A DNA stretch of 64,000 bases from Candidatus Micrarchaeota archaeon (GTDB lineage: Archaea; Micrarchaeota; Micrarchaeia; Anstonellales; Bilamarchaeaceae): assembly GCA_016212505.1 (NCBI GenBank), contig JACRGB010000003.1:27561-91560 (forward strand), given 5' to 3'. The notes beneath the pieces are model-generated. The model had not been told where the DNA came from, ran no database searches, and worked only from the letters and a program-made list of their open reading frames with translations. This document shows, piece by piece, positions 37,653-48,100 of the stretch. How positions within the stretch are numbered: position 1 is the first letter of the stretch; every line of letters starts with the position of its first letter. A program made the position numbers and the translations under genes.

Positions 37653-39416
37653 CTACATTTTCATCAGTATAAATTTCGTCATCGCATTTATGAATGCTAT
37701 AGTGACCATAATTGAGAGTGCGGGCATAAATAATGATAGAAGGGTAAGTACCGCAAAGTGCCGCATGATTATTGTAAATTCCGGCATGGGCAGGAGCCCC
37801 AGTACCCCTTCTGAGAAAAAATTACCCAGTGACTTTTGCACCGCAGTCCCTTTGGGAAGGTATTCGAATATTTTCCCCGGTGCAGTAGCGGGATTAAAGA
37901 AATAGCCAAATGCACCGTATTTTACCGGCCCGCATATTGAGTAAATTAAGGTGTTGGGGCTTTGGTATCCCGAAGGCCCAAGGTCCTCATACGCTTTCTT
38001 ATCGATCAGATAACCCATCGGAAAAACAATTTGGAAGCCTAATGCAAATGCCATAAGGAATGCACCTGCATCGCGGGTGGGCGGGAAAAAGTGCAGGATA
38101 AGCCCCGCAGGGAGGAAAAAATTACCCATAGTAGAATCTATGAAATAGAGAAGGCTGATTTGCGCAGATAAGCTGCCATAAACAGCTACGAGCCCATAGG
38201 AAAGGACATTGGAAATAGAAACAAAAGTATCGATTCCAGGAAAAACCTTATAGGTACGGGTAAGCACGGATTCTCCGATCCTTCTTGCATAAACGCTGAG
38301 CATGGAAGTGCAGGACTGTATCGAGTAAACATCATATATGCCGTTTAGTACTGGATCAAGTGCCTTCTCTTGCAGGAAATTTATTGCGGCAAGGGAAGGC
38401 GAGTTGGTATGGTAAGCATCATTTGCCCAAGCTGAAACGATCTGGCTGCCTACAACGAAAAGTCCTGCCACAAAGAGGACAAGAAGGAATGAGCGGAAAA
38501 GGTTGGAAAGTTCGACATTGAGGTAGCCCTCCCATTCAGGAACCCGGAAAACTTTTGAAACTATATAAGTCAGGAAAATTATCAGGGAAACAAAAAAGAA
38601 TACGTTGATCATCAGGTCAGCGTAGGGAGAAATGGATGCGGCAGTGCCTATTTTTGTCTGAAGTATCGAATCAAATGCGCCACCTTTAGCTAAAAAGACC
38701 TTGAATACGACGAAATAGACTATTGCTACAATAAAAGTACTTGCAAGGAGATTATTCGCAAATCCGGTTGCCCTGGCCCGGGTTTCTGCGCCAAACATCA
38801 TCCCGGCAGCATAGAAAACCGCTGCAAGAATAGCAAAGACGATTGTCAGGAATGCAAGTGAATTTTCGGATATGGTTTTTAGGTCGCTGAAGATTTTTAA
38901 GAAATCGACGGATGATGGCTCGCCACCGGCATTAAGGCTGGGCTGGATGATCGAGAGGAGGAAGAACATTATGATTATTACTAACGCCGAAACACCAACC
39001 GCAGTAAGCATGCTTTCAGTCCAGGTAGATGCTTTTGCTCTTAAGTCTGCACCAAACATCTGGCCAATAACATAAACTGAAGCCGCTATTACGATCATGG
39101 TGATTAGGAGAATCCCCATGACAGAAAGGGCAAAGGGAAGTAGGGAATTAGGGGAACTGTTAAGGGCGGATAAGGGATCAATTGGTGGATTGGCGGCAAA
39201 TGAAAATGAGGGCAGGAGTAGCGATAGAAATAGCACAAGCAGGAAGAGCGAGAAAGGAGTTTTTATGTTTTTTATTATATTGGAATTTGCAAATTCCAAT
39301 GCGTGGAGAAATTCTTTGGAATTTCTCCTGTAGCGAACCGTGTTCGCTACGGACAAATTTTTGCGAAAATTTGTCCTTGTAGTCTTCGTGAAGTCCATTA
39401 ATAGCACCCTTTTCAT
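37653..39416 (-). CDS. CedA/VirB6-like protein, paralog 2, with two N-terminal VirB2/TrbC pilin-like repeats
   Basis: Repeats AASVYVIGQMFGADLRAKA and AAVFYAAGMMFGAETRARA; core PAGLILHFFPPTRDAGAFLMA. Confidence 0.6.
   Translation of the reverse strand: MKRVLLMDFTKTTRTNFRKNLSVANTVRYRRNSKEFLHALEFANSNIIKNIKTPFSLFLLVLFLSLLLPSFSFAANPPIDPLSALNSSPNSLLPFALSVMGILLITMIVIAASVYVIGQMFGADLRAKASTWTESMLTAVGVSALVIIIMFFLLSIIQPSLNAGGEPSSVDFLKIFSDLKTISENSLAFLTIVFAILAAVFYAAGMMFGAETRARATGFANNLLASTFIVAIVYFVVFKVFLAKGGAFDSILQTKIGTAASISPYADLMINVFFFVSLIIFLTYIVSKVFRVPEWEGYLNVELSNLFRSFLLVLFVAGLFVVGSQIVSAWANDAYHTNSPSLAAINFLQEKALDPVLNGIYDVYSIQSCTSMLSVYARRIGESVLTRTYKVFPGIDTFVSISNVLSYGLVAVYGSLSAQISLLYFIDSTMGNFFLPAGLILHFFPPTRDAGAFLMAFALGFQIVFPMGYLIDKKAYEDLGPSGYQSPNTLIYSICGPVKYGAFGYFFNPATAPGKIFEYLPKGTAVQKSLGNFFSEGVLGLLPMPEFTIIMRHFAVLTLLSLFMPALSIMVTIAFINAMTKFILMKM
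39279..39376. repeat. Mini-palindrome array IV (4 units), in-frame in the 5' end of the 587-aa gene
   Basis: ATTGGAATTT-GC-AAATTCCAAT; GGAGAAATTC-TTTG-GAATTTCTCC; GTAGCGAAC-CGT-GTTCGCTAC; GGACAAATTT-TTGCGA-AAATTTGTCC. Confidence 0.85.
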
Positions 39417-40690
39417 ACCACTTTTGTTAAACCGACCAATTCAGCTTCACCGCCAATTAGCATAGAAATGCTGCGGTACATTGTCACGGTGATTATTATT
39501 TCCAGGACAGTGGTGAGTATCACAAGCACAATAAATGGTGAAATGGTCCCAACTTCGTTCAATATGAAGTAATAGAGCCCGGCTGAAGAACTCGTAGGAA
39601 GGAAAGTTGATTTGGACCCAAAGAGGCTGGGGTAAAAATCGCCGGTTGTGCCTACCATAAAGAGCCAGATATTTCTTACAGTTGCAGCCAAAGATCCTCC
39701 TGTATTCCAGGCTGCACGAGCCATATTTTTGAGACTGCAAAGCAGACCAGTAACCCCATCACATCCGAGAGTTGGGGTTTTTGTTGCATCTGCAAGCTTG
39801 TCTGCTTCTTGAAATTCCTTGGTGATCGCATCGGTCCTACTCCCCTCCCTCCATTCAGTTATGAGTTTGGTCCAATAACCCTCATCATGATGAGTTGCAA
39901 GGTAAGATGGAGTTTGCGGGGTGTAAACAAAATCCGCTGGTTTGTACATGGAAAAAATCAGATAATGTGAAAAAATTGTGGCAAAGGGAAGGACAAAATA
40001 CATTGCAAAACAAATTGCGAGGATGCTTGAACCTGTGGTCCGGTAAAAGGGAAATGCACGGAGGATGAGGCCAAAGGGAAGGATAATTAATGGGATTGCG
40101 TCTTTAGTGAAAATGAGTATAAATTCCTTGGCCATTAAAACAGTAACAAGATAACTGATAGTCTCTACGATTATGGTGTGGGCATCACTAAGAAGGGTTA
40201 GTCCGGTAAATGGTGCAAATGAAAATGAGATAATGGCTACTGAGGGTATGGGCGAGCTGACCGGGAAACTGACTGTGGAAAGGAAACCTATCAGGGCTTC
40301 AAAAAGATAAAGGTCAATATACTGGGAGAAAAGCTTTTCTTTTAGGATAGTTAACACGCCAAGGGCAAGGTTGATATGTGCAGAGGTATAAACCTGATTT
40401 GGGTTTGCATTATTTATTACCCCACCAAGCCCTGAAGTACTTGATTGCAGCGCACCCTGGACCAGGGCATTTAAGGTGGTATCGAGGCTAAGCCAAAAGA
40501 AAATGATTACTGCAGAAAAAATTAAAGCAGCCAGTTCTTCCTTTGCAATAGCAGTAATTGAAGGGCTTTGTAAAAAATAAGCCACAAGAAATATTGAGCC
40601 GGTTAACCCCGTGGCAAAACCAAGGGAAACAAATATCATAGACCAGGCTGCTGGCGGTAAAGTTATTGCCAATAGCAGGGGAAGTAGCAT
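39413..40690 (-). CDS. CedA/VirB6-like polytopic membrane protein, paralog 1
   Basis: PFGLILRAFPFYRTTGSSILAI..YFVLP; C-terminal IGGEAELVGLTKVV. Confidence 0.65.
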   Translation of the reverse strand: MLLPLLLAITLPPAAWSMIFVSLGFATGLTGSIFLVAYFLQSPSITAIAKEELAALIFSAVIIFFWLSLDTTLNALVQGALQSSTSGLGGVINNANPNQVYTSAHINLALGVLTILKEKLFSQYIDLYLFEALIGFLSTVSFPVSSPIPSVAIISFSFAPFTGLTLLSDAHTIIVETISYLVTVLMAKEFILIFTKDAIPLIILPFGLILRAFPFYRTTGSSILAICFAMYFVLPFATIFSHYLIFSMYKPADFVYTPQTPSYLATHHDEGYWTKLITEWREGSRTDAITKEFQEADKLADATKTPTLGCDGVTGLLCSLKNMARAAWNTGGSLAATVRNIWLFMVGTTGDFYPSLFGSKSTFLPTSSSAGLYYFILNEVGTISPFIVLVILTTVLEIIITVTMYRSISMLIGGEAELVGLTKVV

Positions 40691-40707
40691 AAATAAACTA
40701 CTTCAGC

Positions 40708-40722
40708 ACTTTTTATAAAAGC
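40708..40722. promoter_or_regulatory. Shared bidirectional TATA box for aspS and the membrane-protein array
   Basis: TTTTTATAAAA centred in a 51-bp divergent gap, about 25 bp from each ATG. Confidence 0.6.
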
Positions 40723-40741
40723 ACCTGATATTATTCTATTT

Positions 40742-42034
40742 ATGCACAGAACACATTACGTTACAGAAGCTAAAAAGGCTGTTGGGTCGATTGTTAGGAT
40801 TGCAGGATGGGTACATGATGTCCGTGACTTGGGGAAAATGCGGTTTGTCATAGTAAGGGACATTACCGGCCTGATGCAGGTTACTATAAAGAAAGGGTTG
40901 GTGCCTGATGATCTGCTCGAGCGGACCAAAGTTAATAAGGAGGATGTTGTCAGTTTTTTTGGCTTGCTAAAGGAAAATAAGATTGCTCCGGATGGAGTCG
41001 AACTTATACCTGAAGAATTCGAGCATCTGAATAAGGTTGAAGTTAAGCTGCCGGTCGATCCGACAGGAGTGGTTCCTGCTGAAATCGATACGAGACTTGA
41101 CAATCGATGCATTGATTTACGGAGAAAAGAAACTACCCTTATCTTTAGGGTCAAATCAGTTGCAGCAAATGCATTCAAAGAAAAGCTCCTGGAGAAAAAA
41201 TTTATTGAAATCCATACTTCCGCGATAACAGGTACTGCAACCGAAGGCGGATCGGATGTTTTTGAAGTTCAGTATTTTGAAAATAAGGCATATCTTGTGC
41301 AATCGCCACAGCTCTATAAGCAGCTCGCGGTGATTGGGGGGCTGGACCGGGTGATGATGAGCGTTCCAGTTTTTCGGGCTGAAAAACACAACACTACAAC
41401 TCATTTGAATGAAGTAACGCAGATGGATATCGAGATGGGTTTTGCTGACCATAATGATGCGATGGAAATTTTAGAAGAAGTTGTTTTGCACATGCTTAGC
41501 GTAGTAAAGAGAGAATTGGGCGAAGAAATTGAAAAAACATTTGGCGAACTTGTTGTGCCAACAAAAGTCCCAAGATACAGCTATACAGAATTAGTCAAGA
41601 AGCTTAACGAAAATAATTTTGAAATGAAACACGGATGGGACTTTACCAAAGAAGCAGAGAAAAAACTTCATGAACTTCTTGGCGATGAACTTTACTTTAT
41701 CTATGACTGGCCGACTTCGGTTCGCGCATTTTATTCAATGCCGGATTCAAAAAATCCGGAAATCTGCCATGCATTTGATTTGATGTATAGGGGACTTGAA
41801 ATATCTAGTGGTGCAATGCGCATCCATATTCCAGCATTAATTGAAGAGCAATTAAAGAAGCGCGGTTTGGACCCAAATAATTTTGAATTCTACATTAACG
41901 CGTTTCGAGTGGGTGCACCGCCACATGCTGGCTGGTCGATAGGTTTAGAGCGATTAGTCATGAAAATGTGCAAGCAGGAGAATATCAGAGAATGCATGCT
42001 TTTCCCAAGGGATAGGAATAGGCTGATGCCGTAA
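40742..42034 (+). CDS. aspS: Aspartyl-tRNA synthetase, archaeal, probably non-discriminating
   Basis: GWVHDVRDLG (His), KIAPDG (Pro), YLVQSPQLYKQ, FRAE, PPHAGWSIGLER. Confidence 0.95.
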   Translation: MHRTHYVTEAKKAVGSIVRIAGWVHDVRDLGKMRFVIVRDITGLMQVTIKKGLVPDDLLERTKVNKEDVVSFFGLLKENKIAPDGVELIPEEFEHLNKVEVKLPVDPTGVVPAEIDTRLDNRCIDLRRKETTLIFRVKSVAANAFKEKLLEKKFIEIHTSAITGTATEGGSDVFEVQYFENKAYLVQSPQLYKQLAVIGGLDRVMMSVPVFRAEKHNTTTHLNEVTQMDIEMGFADHNDAMEILEEVVLHMLSVVKRELGEEIEKTFGELVVPTKVPRYSYTELVKKLNENNFEMKHGWDFTKEAEKKLHELLGDELYFIYDWPTSVRAFYSMPDSKNPEICHAFDLMYRGLEISSGAMRIHIPALIEEQLKKRGLDPNNFEFYINAFRVGAPPHAGWSIGLERLVMKMCKQENIRECMLFPRDRNRLMP

Positions 42035-42106
42035 ACAGAAAAAAGTGATTGAGATGTTATGTCAGATCTTTGATTCAAAAGAAGTGAAAAAAATTGAACA
42101 ATGTAC

Positions 42107-42502
42107 TCAATAGTTTTCCGCAGTAATTCCAGGAATCCTTGAAAAATGCTTTACATTTTCAGTTATTATAACGTTTTCTCCATTGGTTAATGCAATTGCG
42201 GCAATTAGAGCATCAGTTTCATTCACATCTTGGCCTTTTTGTTTAAGTTCTGCAGAGATACGCGCAGCACCATCGGTGCTTGTGGCATCTAATTCAAGTA
42301 TGGTTATTGAATCAAGAAAAGCATAAAAAATTTTAAGTTCTTTCTCTTTTACATCGGATTTTTGAAAATATATTCCAACTAGCACTTCAAAAACATTTAT
42401 TCTCGTAGTAAAAACATCTGAAGAAAGTGTTTTTACCTTACGTAGTGCGCTTTGCTTATTTTTTAAAAAATGAATAATGAAGGTCGTATCAAGAACTACC
42501 AT
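42107..42502 (-). CDS. vapC: VapC PIN toxin
   Basis: VLDTTFII, DALIAAIAL, TENVKHFSRIPG. Confidence 0.93.
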   Translation of the reverse strand: MVVLDTTFIIHFLKNKQSALRKVKTLSSDVFTTRINVFEVLVGIYFQKSDVKEKELKIFYAFLDSITILELDATSTDGAARISAELKQKGQDVNETDALIAAIALTNGENVIITENVKHFSRIPGITAENY

Positions 42503-42732
42503 TTTAGAGGCACCTTTCTCCAGTTTTTCCTTACTTTCTTTACTACGGTTTCCATTTCTTTTGTCTCTTTTTCAGACATAAAGCTCCATGAGCCTGCAAA
42601 GTCCATAAAGTTTTTTTTACTCTTTTGCGGATGTATGAACTTGTGGATCACCTTACTATAACTTTCGCCAGGCCTTTTAAGGGTGGTAAGTTCCTTGTAA
42701 ACTGCATCAGAAATCATTATTGCATGGGCCAT
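42496..42732 (-). CDS. vapB: VapB-like antitoxin
   Basis: IMISDAVYKELTTLKRPGESYSKVI, DFAGSW. GGTGA RBS before ATG 42732; palindrome TATATATAC-ATA-GTATATATA at 42742-42762 is a likely operator. Confidence 0.85.
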   Translation of the reverse strand: MAHAIMISDAVYKELTTLKRPGESYSKVIHKFIHPQKSKKNFMDFAGSWSFMSEKETKEMETVVKKVRKNWRKVPLKW

Positions 42733-42847
42733 CAAGTCACCTATATATACATAGTATATATACATTTAAAATAGTTTCGAAAACAGGAGAACTACTAAAT
42801 TTAGGAGAGATAGAAGTAGATTAATGCTATAAATTAATGAAGCAAAA

Positions 42848-43669
42848 TCAGGGTTTGGTTTTGATTCTAAACGGAGCATCCGGACTGCGCATAAATTCTT
42901 CAAAACCGGTAAGATCTAAATCGGTAATTCTCTTAGGGAGATTGTCTTCGAAGTTTCCTTTACCAAATTTGTCGCCATAATAACGTATTATCTGCTCTGC
43001 CCTCATAATATTCAGCCTAGCCAACCGTCCTGGATCGCATTCAGTTTTATCCACAAAATCCACAAGAAAAAAAGATTCTTTTGGAGGTTTAGCAGAGGGA
43101 TCAAAAGCTTTCCAAAGGGCTGAATCTTTGGGAACTAATACAAAAAGCGTTAATTTGGAGGGATCTTTGGCAACTTCTTCGCTTTTGCGAACTGGGAGTA
43201 CATCTGCGAGAAAATTTTGCCTACCATAAGCGTCAGTATAGCAAGAAATTTCAATTTTTAGCACCCCGAAAGAACAGTTTTGGGCGGCATCGAAAAGGAG
43301 AACTTTTTGTACCATCACCTCAGGTACTATCGGCCAATCGGAAAGATTGCCGGAACTTATTGAAACTTTTGTTACCGCGCCGCCAGTGTTTTCGAATATC
43401 GCTGCGCCAGTAGGGCTCAGCTCGAGTGTTAGGTCCCTATCAACAACACAGATAGACTCAATCGAAGGTGGCTTATCTTTTTGAAGGTCTAATTGTATTG
43501 AAACCGCTCGGCCTTTTTGGCGGAGTGATTGTGAAGGCATCTCAGGGGCCAGGATATGAAATTTGCCCACTTCTCTTTGGGGCGAAGGAGGCAAACCAGT
43601 AGTCTTCCTTGTTGGGCCAGTATAAGATGCTATTGAGTGTTGAAAAGCATCGGATAATCTTGCCATCAT
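42848..43669 (-). CDS. Hypothetical protein (orphan)
   Basis: Long ORF; start reassigned to ATG 43669, about 25 bp downstream of TTTATAAA. Confidence 0.6.
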   Translation of the reverse strand: MMARLSDAFQHSIASYTGPTRKTTGLPPSPQREVGKFHILAPEMPSQSLRQKGRAVSIQLDLQKDKPPSIESICVVDRDLTLELSPTGAAIFENTGGAVTKVSISSGNLSDWPIVPEVMVQKVLLFDAAQNCSFGVLKIEISCYTDAYGRQNFLADVLPVRKSEEVAKDPSKLTLFVLVPKDSALWKAFDPSAKPPKESFFLVDFVDKTECDPGRLARLNIMRAEQIIRYYGDKFGKGNFEDNLPKRITDLDLTGFEEFMRSPDAPFRIKTKP

Positions 43670-43718
43670 ATATACTTGGTAAAAACAGTTTATAAATGTT
43701 ACTAAAAATGATGAAAAC

Positions 43719-43816
43719 TGTAATGTGGGGGGTAGTAGCCTAGGGGGCAGCGCCCCCTGGCCCTGCACACTTGTTCAACCGCTTTTTCATTGCTTGAAGC
43801 TCAAAGGGCCATTACA
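43719..43816 (+). ncRNA. Candidate small structured RNA or REP-like element
   Basis: Ends pair (TGTAATG/CATTACA); hairpin CTAGGGGGC-AGC-GCCCCCTGG; arm CCCT..TTCAA..TTGAA..AGGG; starts about 25 bp after TTTATAAA. Confidence 0.4.
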
Positions 43817-43880
43817 TGTGCAAAGGAATGATGATAAGAACAGATTAAAAATAGGGAAAAGAAGAGAAAAAAAGAAACGA

Positions 43881-45101
43881 CTATCGTTTCTTCTTGCCCA
43901 TGAACATGAATGCCGCACCGCCCACAATAACCACAAGGACGATCAATCCGATTATGATGGGAATAAGAAGATCGGTTTTTGGAGCGGGTTTAGCAACAGG
44001 AGCAGATGGAGCGGATTTTGCCAGCTGGCCTGCAACTGAAGAAACAGATTTGGCAAGGCTCAACGCGGTGGCGTAGTCTCCCTTATTGAATGCAATAACA
44101 GCATCATTTAGTTTTGATTGTAATGAAGAAGTATCCTGGCCTGCTGCTTTTGCTTTTGCAATGTCGCTCCTTGCCTGTGAAATGGCCACTTGGGCGCTTG
44201 ACTGTGCTTCCAGATTAGGGGACGGGTCTTCGGGGGGAGAAAGCGGAACAGGTGTGGGATTAACTGAAGGGGATGAATTGTTTTGCGGAGTAGGTTGGGG
44301 GGTTGGAGCAGGTGTTGGAGTAGGTGTTGGTGATGGAGTCGGGGCAGGTGTTGTTGGTGAAGTTGAGGTATTTGTAGAAGTAGAAGAACTGCTTGATGAA
44401 CTGCCAGAAGAACCAGAAGATGGAGGAGTTATACTCAAAGTAAGTGCAGCAGCACTTATTGTGTTACCGTTAACATCAAAGCTTACTGAACCAGAAGTGG
44501 TTGGAGTTATGGTCCATGAGAGTGAAGAGGAACTTCCACCTGGAATAGAAACTGAACCAGATGTCGAACCACCTGAAATACTAGCTCCGGAAGCACTTAA
44601 AGAATAACTGGCAGTTGCCGTGCTACCACCAGTATTGGTTATAGTAACAGAGTAAGTAACCGACTGGGTTGAAGTTAATGTAGATGATGAAGGGGAGTTT
44701 TTAGAAACTGAGAACTGATCTCCAGCCACAAACTCAATTGCCTGCTGGGTACCAGTTGCAGGGGTGCCAGATGATGGAGTAACTTGAGCATTAAAATTAT
44801 AAGTTCCTGCAGATGAAGCAGTGATAGTAAAAGTTTTAGAATCGCCAGTCTGAACTCCGGAATATTGATACGAAGAAGATGCAGAGGGATCAGTTACGCT
44901 GAGTCCGGAAGTAAGATCATAAAGTTGGAGGGTTGCGCCACTACAATCAGAGTCTCCGCCAACGATTACAGTTACAGATACGGAATTACCAACAGTAGCG
45001 CTTGCAGCAGCAGATATTGAAGAAATGCTGCAAGTTGAAAAAGCCGCTAGAGATAGCAATAACAAACCAAAAAGAAAAACTTTAGTAGACATCATAATCA
45101 C
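43881..45101 (-). CDS. Ser/Thr/Pro-rich cell-surface protein with Ig-like domains and C-terminal TM anchor
   Basis: Signal peptide, beta-rich repeats, PT linker, C-terminal TM + KKKR. Confidence 0.8.
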   Translation of the reverse strand: MIMMSTKVFLFGLLLLSLAAFSTCSISSISAAASATVGNSVSVTVIVGGDSDCSGATLQLYDLTSGLSVTDPSASSSYQYSGVQTGDSKTFTITASSAGTYNFNAQVTPSSGTPATGTQQAIEFVAGDQFSVSKNSPSSSTLTSTQSVTYSVTITNTGGSTATASYSLSASGASISGGSTSGSVSIPGGSSSSLSWTITPTTSGSVSFDVNGNTISAAALTLSITPPSSGSSGSSSSSSSTSTNTSTSPTTPAPTPSPTPTPTPAPTPQPTPQNNSSPSVNPTPVPLSPPEDPSPNLEAQSSAQVAISQARSDIAKAKAAGQDTSSLQSKLNDAVIAFNKGDYATALSLAKSVSSVAGQLAKSAPSAPVAKPAPKTDLLIPIIIGLIVLVVIVGGAAFMFMGKKKR

Positions 45102-48100
45102 CTGACAAAAACATTAATCATCCTATCCATTGAGTTCGTATCCTCAATAGAACCAGTATTGTTAATTGTAAAGTAGACCTGGGTAGGTGGACCGAAATTG
45201 GAAGAAGGCCATACATCTCCGGATAAACCACGTGGACTGAGAGTAATTAACGCGCAGCCTGAAGGGCCAGTTGCAATAGAACTTATTGATTGATTGGTAT
45301 ACGGATCAAACATCGCCAATGCAGTAGTCTGAGGCGGAGAATTCTGTGAGAACGTCATTGCAGTCGCATTTGTGATGTTTGCATTTGATAGAGGAAGTGG
45401 CGGGAAGGCATAGCTTTCAGCGCAAACCAGCACAGAAACATTTTGAGCAGAGTTATTGACATTTGCAAATGGAGTTGTGTCAGTTCTTGCCCTATAACTT
45501 CCGAATTTTAGGAAAGATAGATTACCGGAACTTGAATTTTGCATTACTGCAAGTTTTAGCTGGTCCTGGAATGGGATCTGGAAGAACTGGAATACAGATG
45601 AAATGGTGCAGTTTGCGCCATCGCAGAATGCGGGAGTGGAGGTGTTCATATTGCTAACATAATTTATTGAAATGGACTTATCAGTTGAATTGAAAGTGAC
45701 ATTGGAGGTCTTGTTTCCAAAATTGTAGGAGAAGAGGGAGAGGTTTGTGGCGTTGAAAAGTTCTACGTTGCCTGTAGATGCATTTGAAAGGGTTACATTC
45801 ATATCATTAGTTACTTCCCGTATTTGCCTGAAATTATCAGCACCAAGGGTAGAGGCATAAGGCCTGAAGTTACGGGCCACAATAGTCGGATTTGTTGACA
45901 TACCGAATTGGTTGCCTCCGGGGCTGGAACTGTCGTTATAGGTAGTGCCGTTGATTCTCCAGAATATAGTGTACACTCCGGAAGTCGTTAGGTTAAGGGT
46001 AAGAAGCGCAAGGCCATTTGAGTCAGTAACATTTGTAACTACAGTATAATTAGAAGGATCGACAAGAGTCCCAATTCCAAAACTATTTCCAGTGCGTCTA
46101 TATAACGAGGTTATGTTTGCAGTAGAGCCATTGGCTGATAGAGATCCAGCTTTGAATACTAACGGGACAGTTATGTTGGTATTGACACCATATTCACCTA
46201 GATTAAACATGGAAGAAAATAATGAGCCAGAACTTATTGGTCCAGAATAAACTGCCCTGAAATAGCTGCAGCTGTCAATTGAAACCAACGAATAATTGGC
46301 ACCGATAGAACGATTTGTCACATTAACGATAGTGAAGGCAGAAGCATTGTTCATACTATTCGGAGTTGTTTTATTTCGTACAAGTAAAGTATCAAATCGA
46401 CCGGTATTGGCAGAATCAAGAATCATAAATGATACGTTCGGGAAGAATGAGGTATCAGCGGGTTGATTCATCGTAACATCCTTTAATGGAATGAAGAAAT
46501 AGTCATTTTGGCCGCCGAATGCAGAAATATTATTATAACAAACAGTATCACTGAAACTAAGGTTGCCACCTAGAAGAGTTTGATTAATAAATGACATATT
46601 CCATCCATATTGAAGCAACTGCATATCCATGAACTGTGGTATTGCCATGCCGCCATTCCCTTGTCTAAGATCGCCACCGTATAAAGGCACATAAGCAAGA
46701 ACATTTGCTACGGTAATATGATAAAAGATAGTGGAACGATCACCGCTTGCACCAACCACTTCAATCATTATATTATTTGAACCTTTTGATATGCTCGTTG
46801 GTATTGTCATATTAAGTTCATATAGCATAAATGAGCGGTTATCAAAGAATCGAGTATTATTTCGAAGATAGGACATATTATAAGAGGTTACTGTAGTTGG
46901 AGGAAACGGACCTTCTTTGTTCATTCTTATTGAAGTTATATTTGTAAGATTGGCAAAGGAGGCAATTCTTAGAGTTATATTTGAACCAATGTTCCCAGTC
47001 TGCGGTTGTTGGAAAGGGTTGCTCTGATTTCCAGCATCTGGACCAAACGGTATATACGTTTCTAAACTAGAACCAACTGGAACGCCGCTATCAAAGTCTT
47101 GGCAAGCGACATCGCCAGAAGTACAAACTCTAGGTCTTATGGCAAGGAAGCCACTCCCTGATCCCCATGAGGAAGCTTGAGAGCCATTTGATGTGGTGAA
47201 GTTTTGCGGGCAAATTATTAGAGAGCCGCCGCTTTGGTTAAGACTTGCATTTAAGGTACTCGCACTAGAACTAAGAGAATCAGGCCTTTGACCTCCTGAA
47301 CCTCCGAAGAAATTCATAAATGATACTTGTGGGACAGATAGAGTGCCTGCAGTAAAGTTAGAGCCATTTGTTAAACCTACAGAAGTTGTGTTGAGTAAAA
47401 TACAGCCAGATTTTGAAACTTGGAAGAAAAAACCTCCGCCAGAAGATGATGTCCCAACGGGGGTGGCCTGAATATTGGCACTAATCACACTGCAAGAGAA
47501 GAAACCAGGAATAATCTCATTCCTAACTACTCCACCATCAGGATAAGAAGCATTAAACATGACAACATATCGACCTGGAGGCAAAGAGCAACTATAGGAA
47601 ATGTTTGCAGCAATTGAACCATTTGAATCACTAGTACTCGAAGCATTCATAGAAAGACAGGAAGAGACATCTCTGCCACTTAATTCAGAAATTACTTTAG
47701 ATAAATTACTTGTAAATGATACGCCACTTATGGCTGAACCAGTTTCTACGAGATTTACTCTACCATTAAAGGCTACAATGTCGCCAGAAGCGCAACGAAT
47801 TTGACCAGAACCCCCAAATCCGCCAGGTCCCCCAGGAGGCGGAGGATTTTCGCCAGTTTTATTTGCAAGGCCACCACCAACAGCAGGTGCCATAAAACCA
47901 ACAAGGCGTTTTGCAATTATCGGAACATTTGAAGTGAGACTGTCTCCATAAATCGTAGTTGCCGAAACACCTACGAGCATAATATCGGTATAATTAGGAG
48001 GAAGAGTTATTGTAACTGTGTTTGTAGTATTACTTACACTATTGTTGAATCCATACTGACCAGGCAAAATATTTGTACCAGAAACAAAGTGTAAAATATT

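Noticed and set aside
43726-43760. tRNA-like 5' sequence GGGGTAGTAGCCTAG
   Set aside because: No TTCRA T-arm and no complementary acceptor strand.
44290-44420. Repeats encoding PT/S-rich runs
   Set aside because: Ordinary low-complexity linker of a surface protein.
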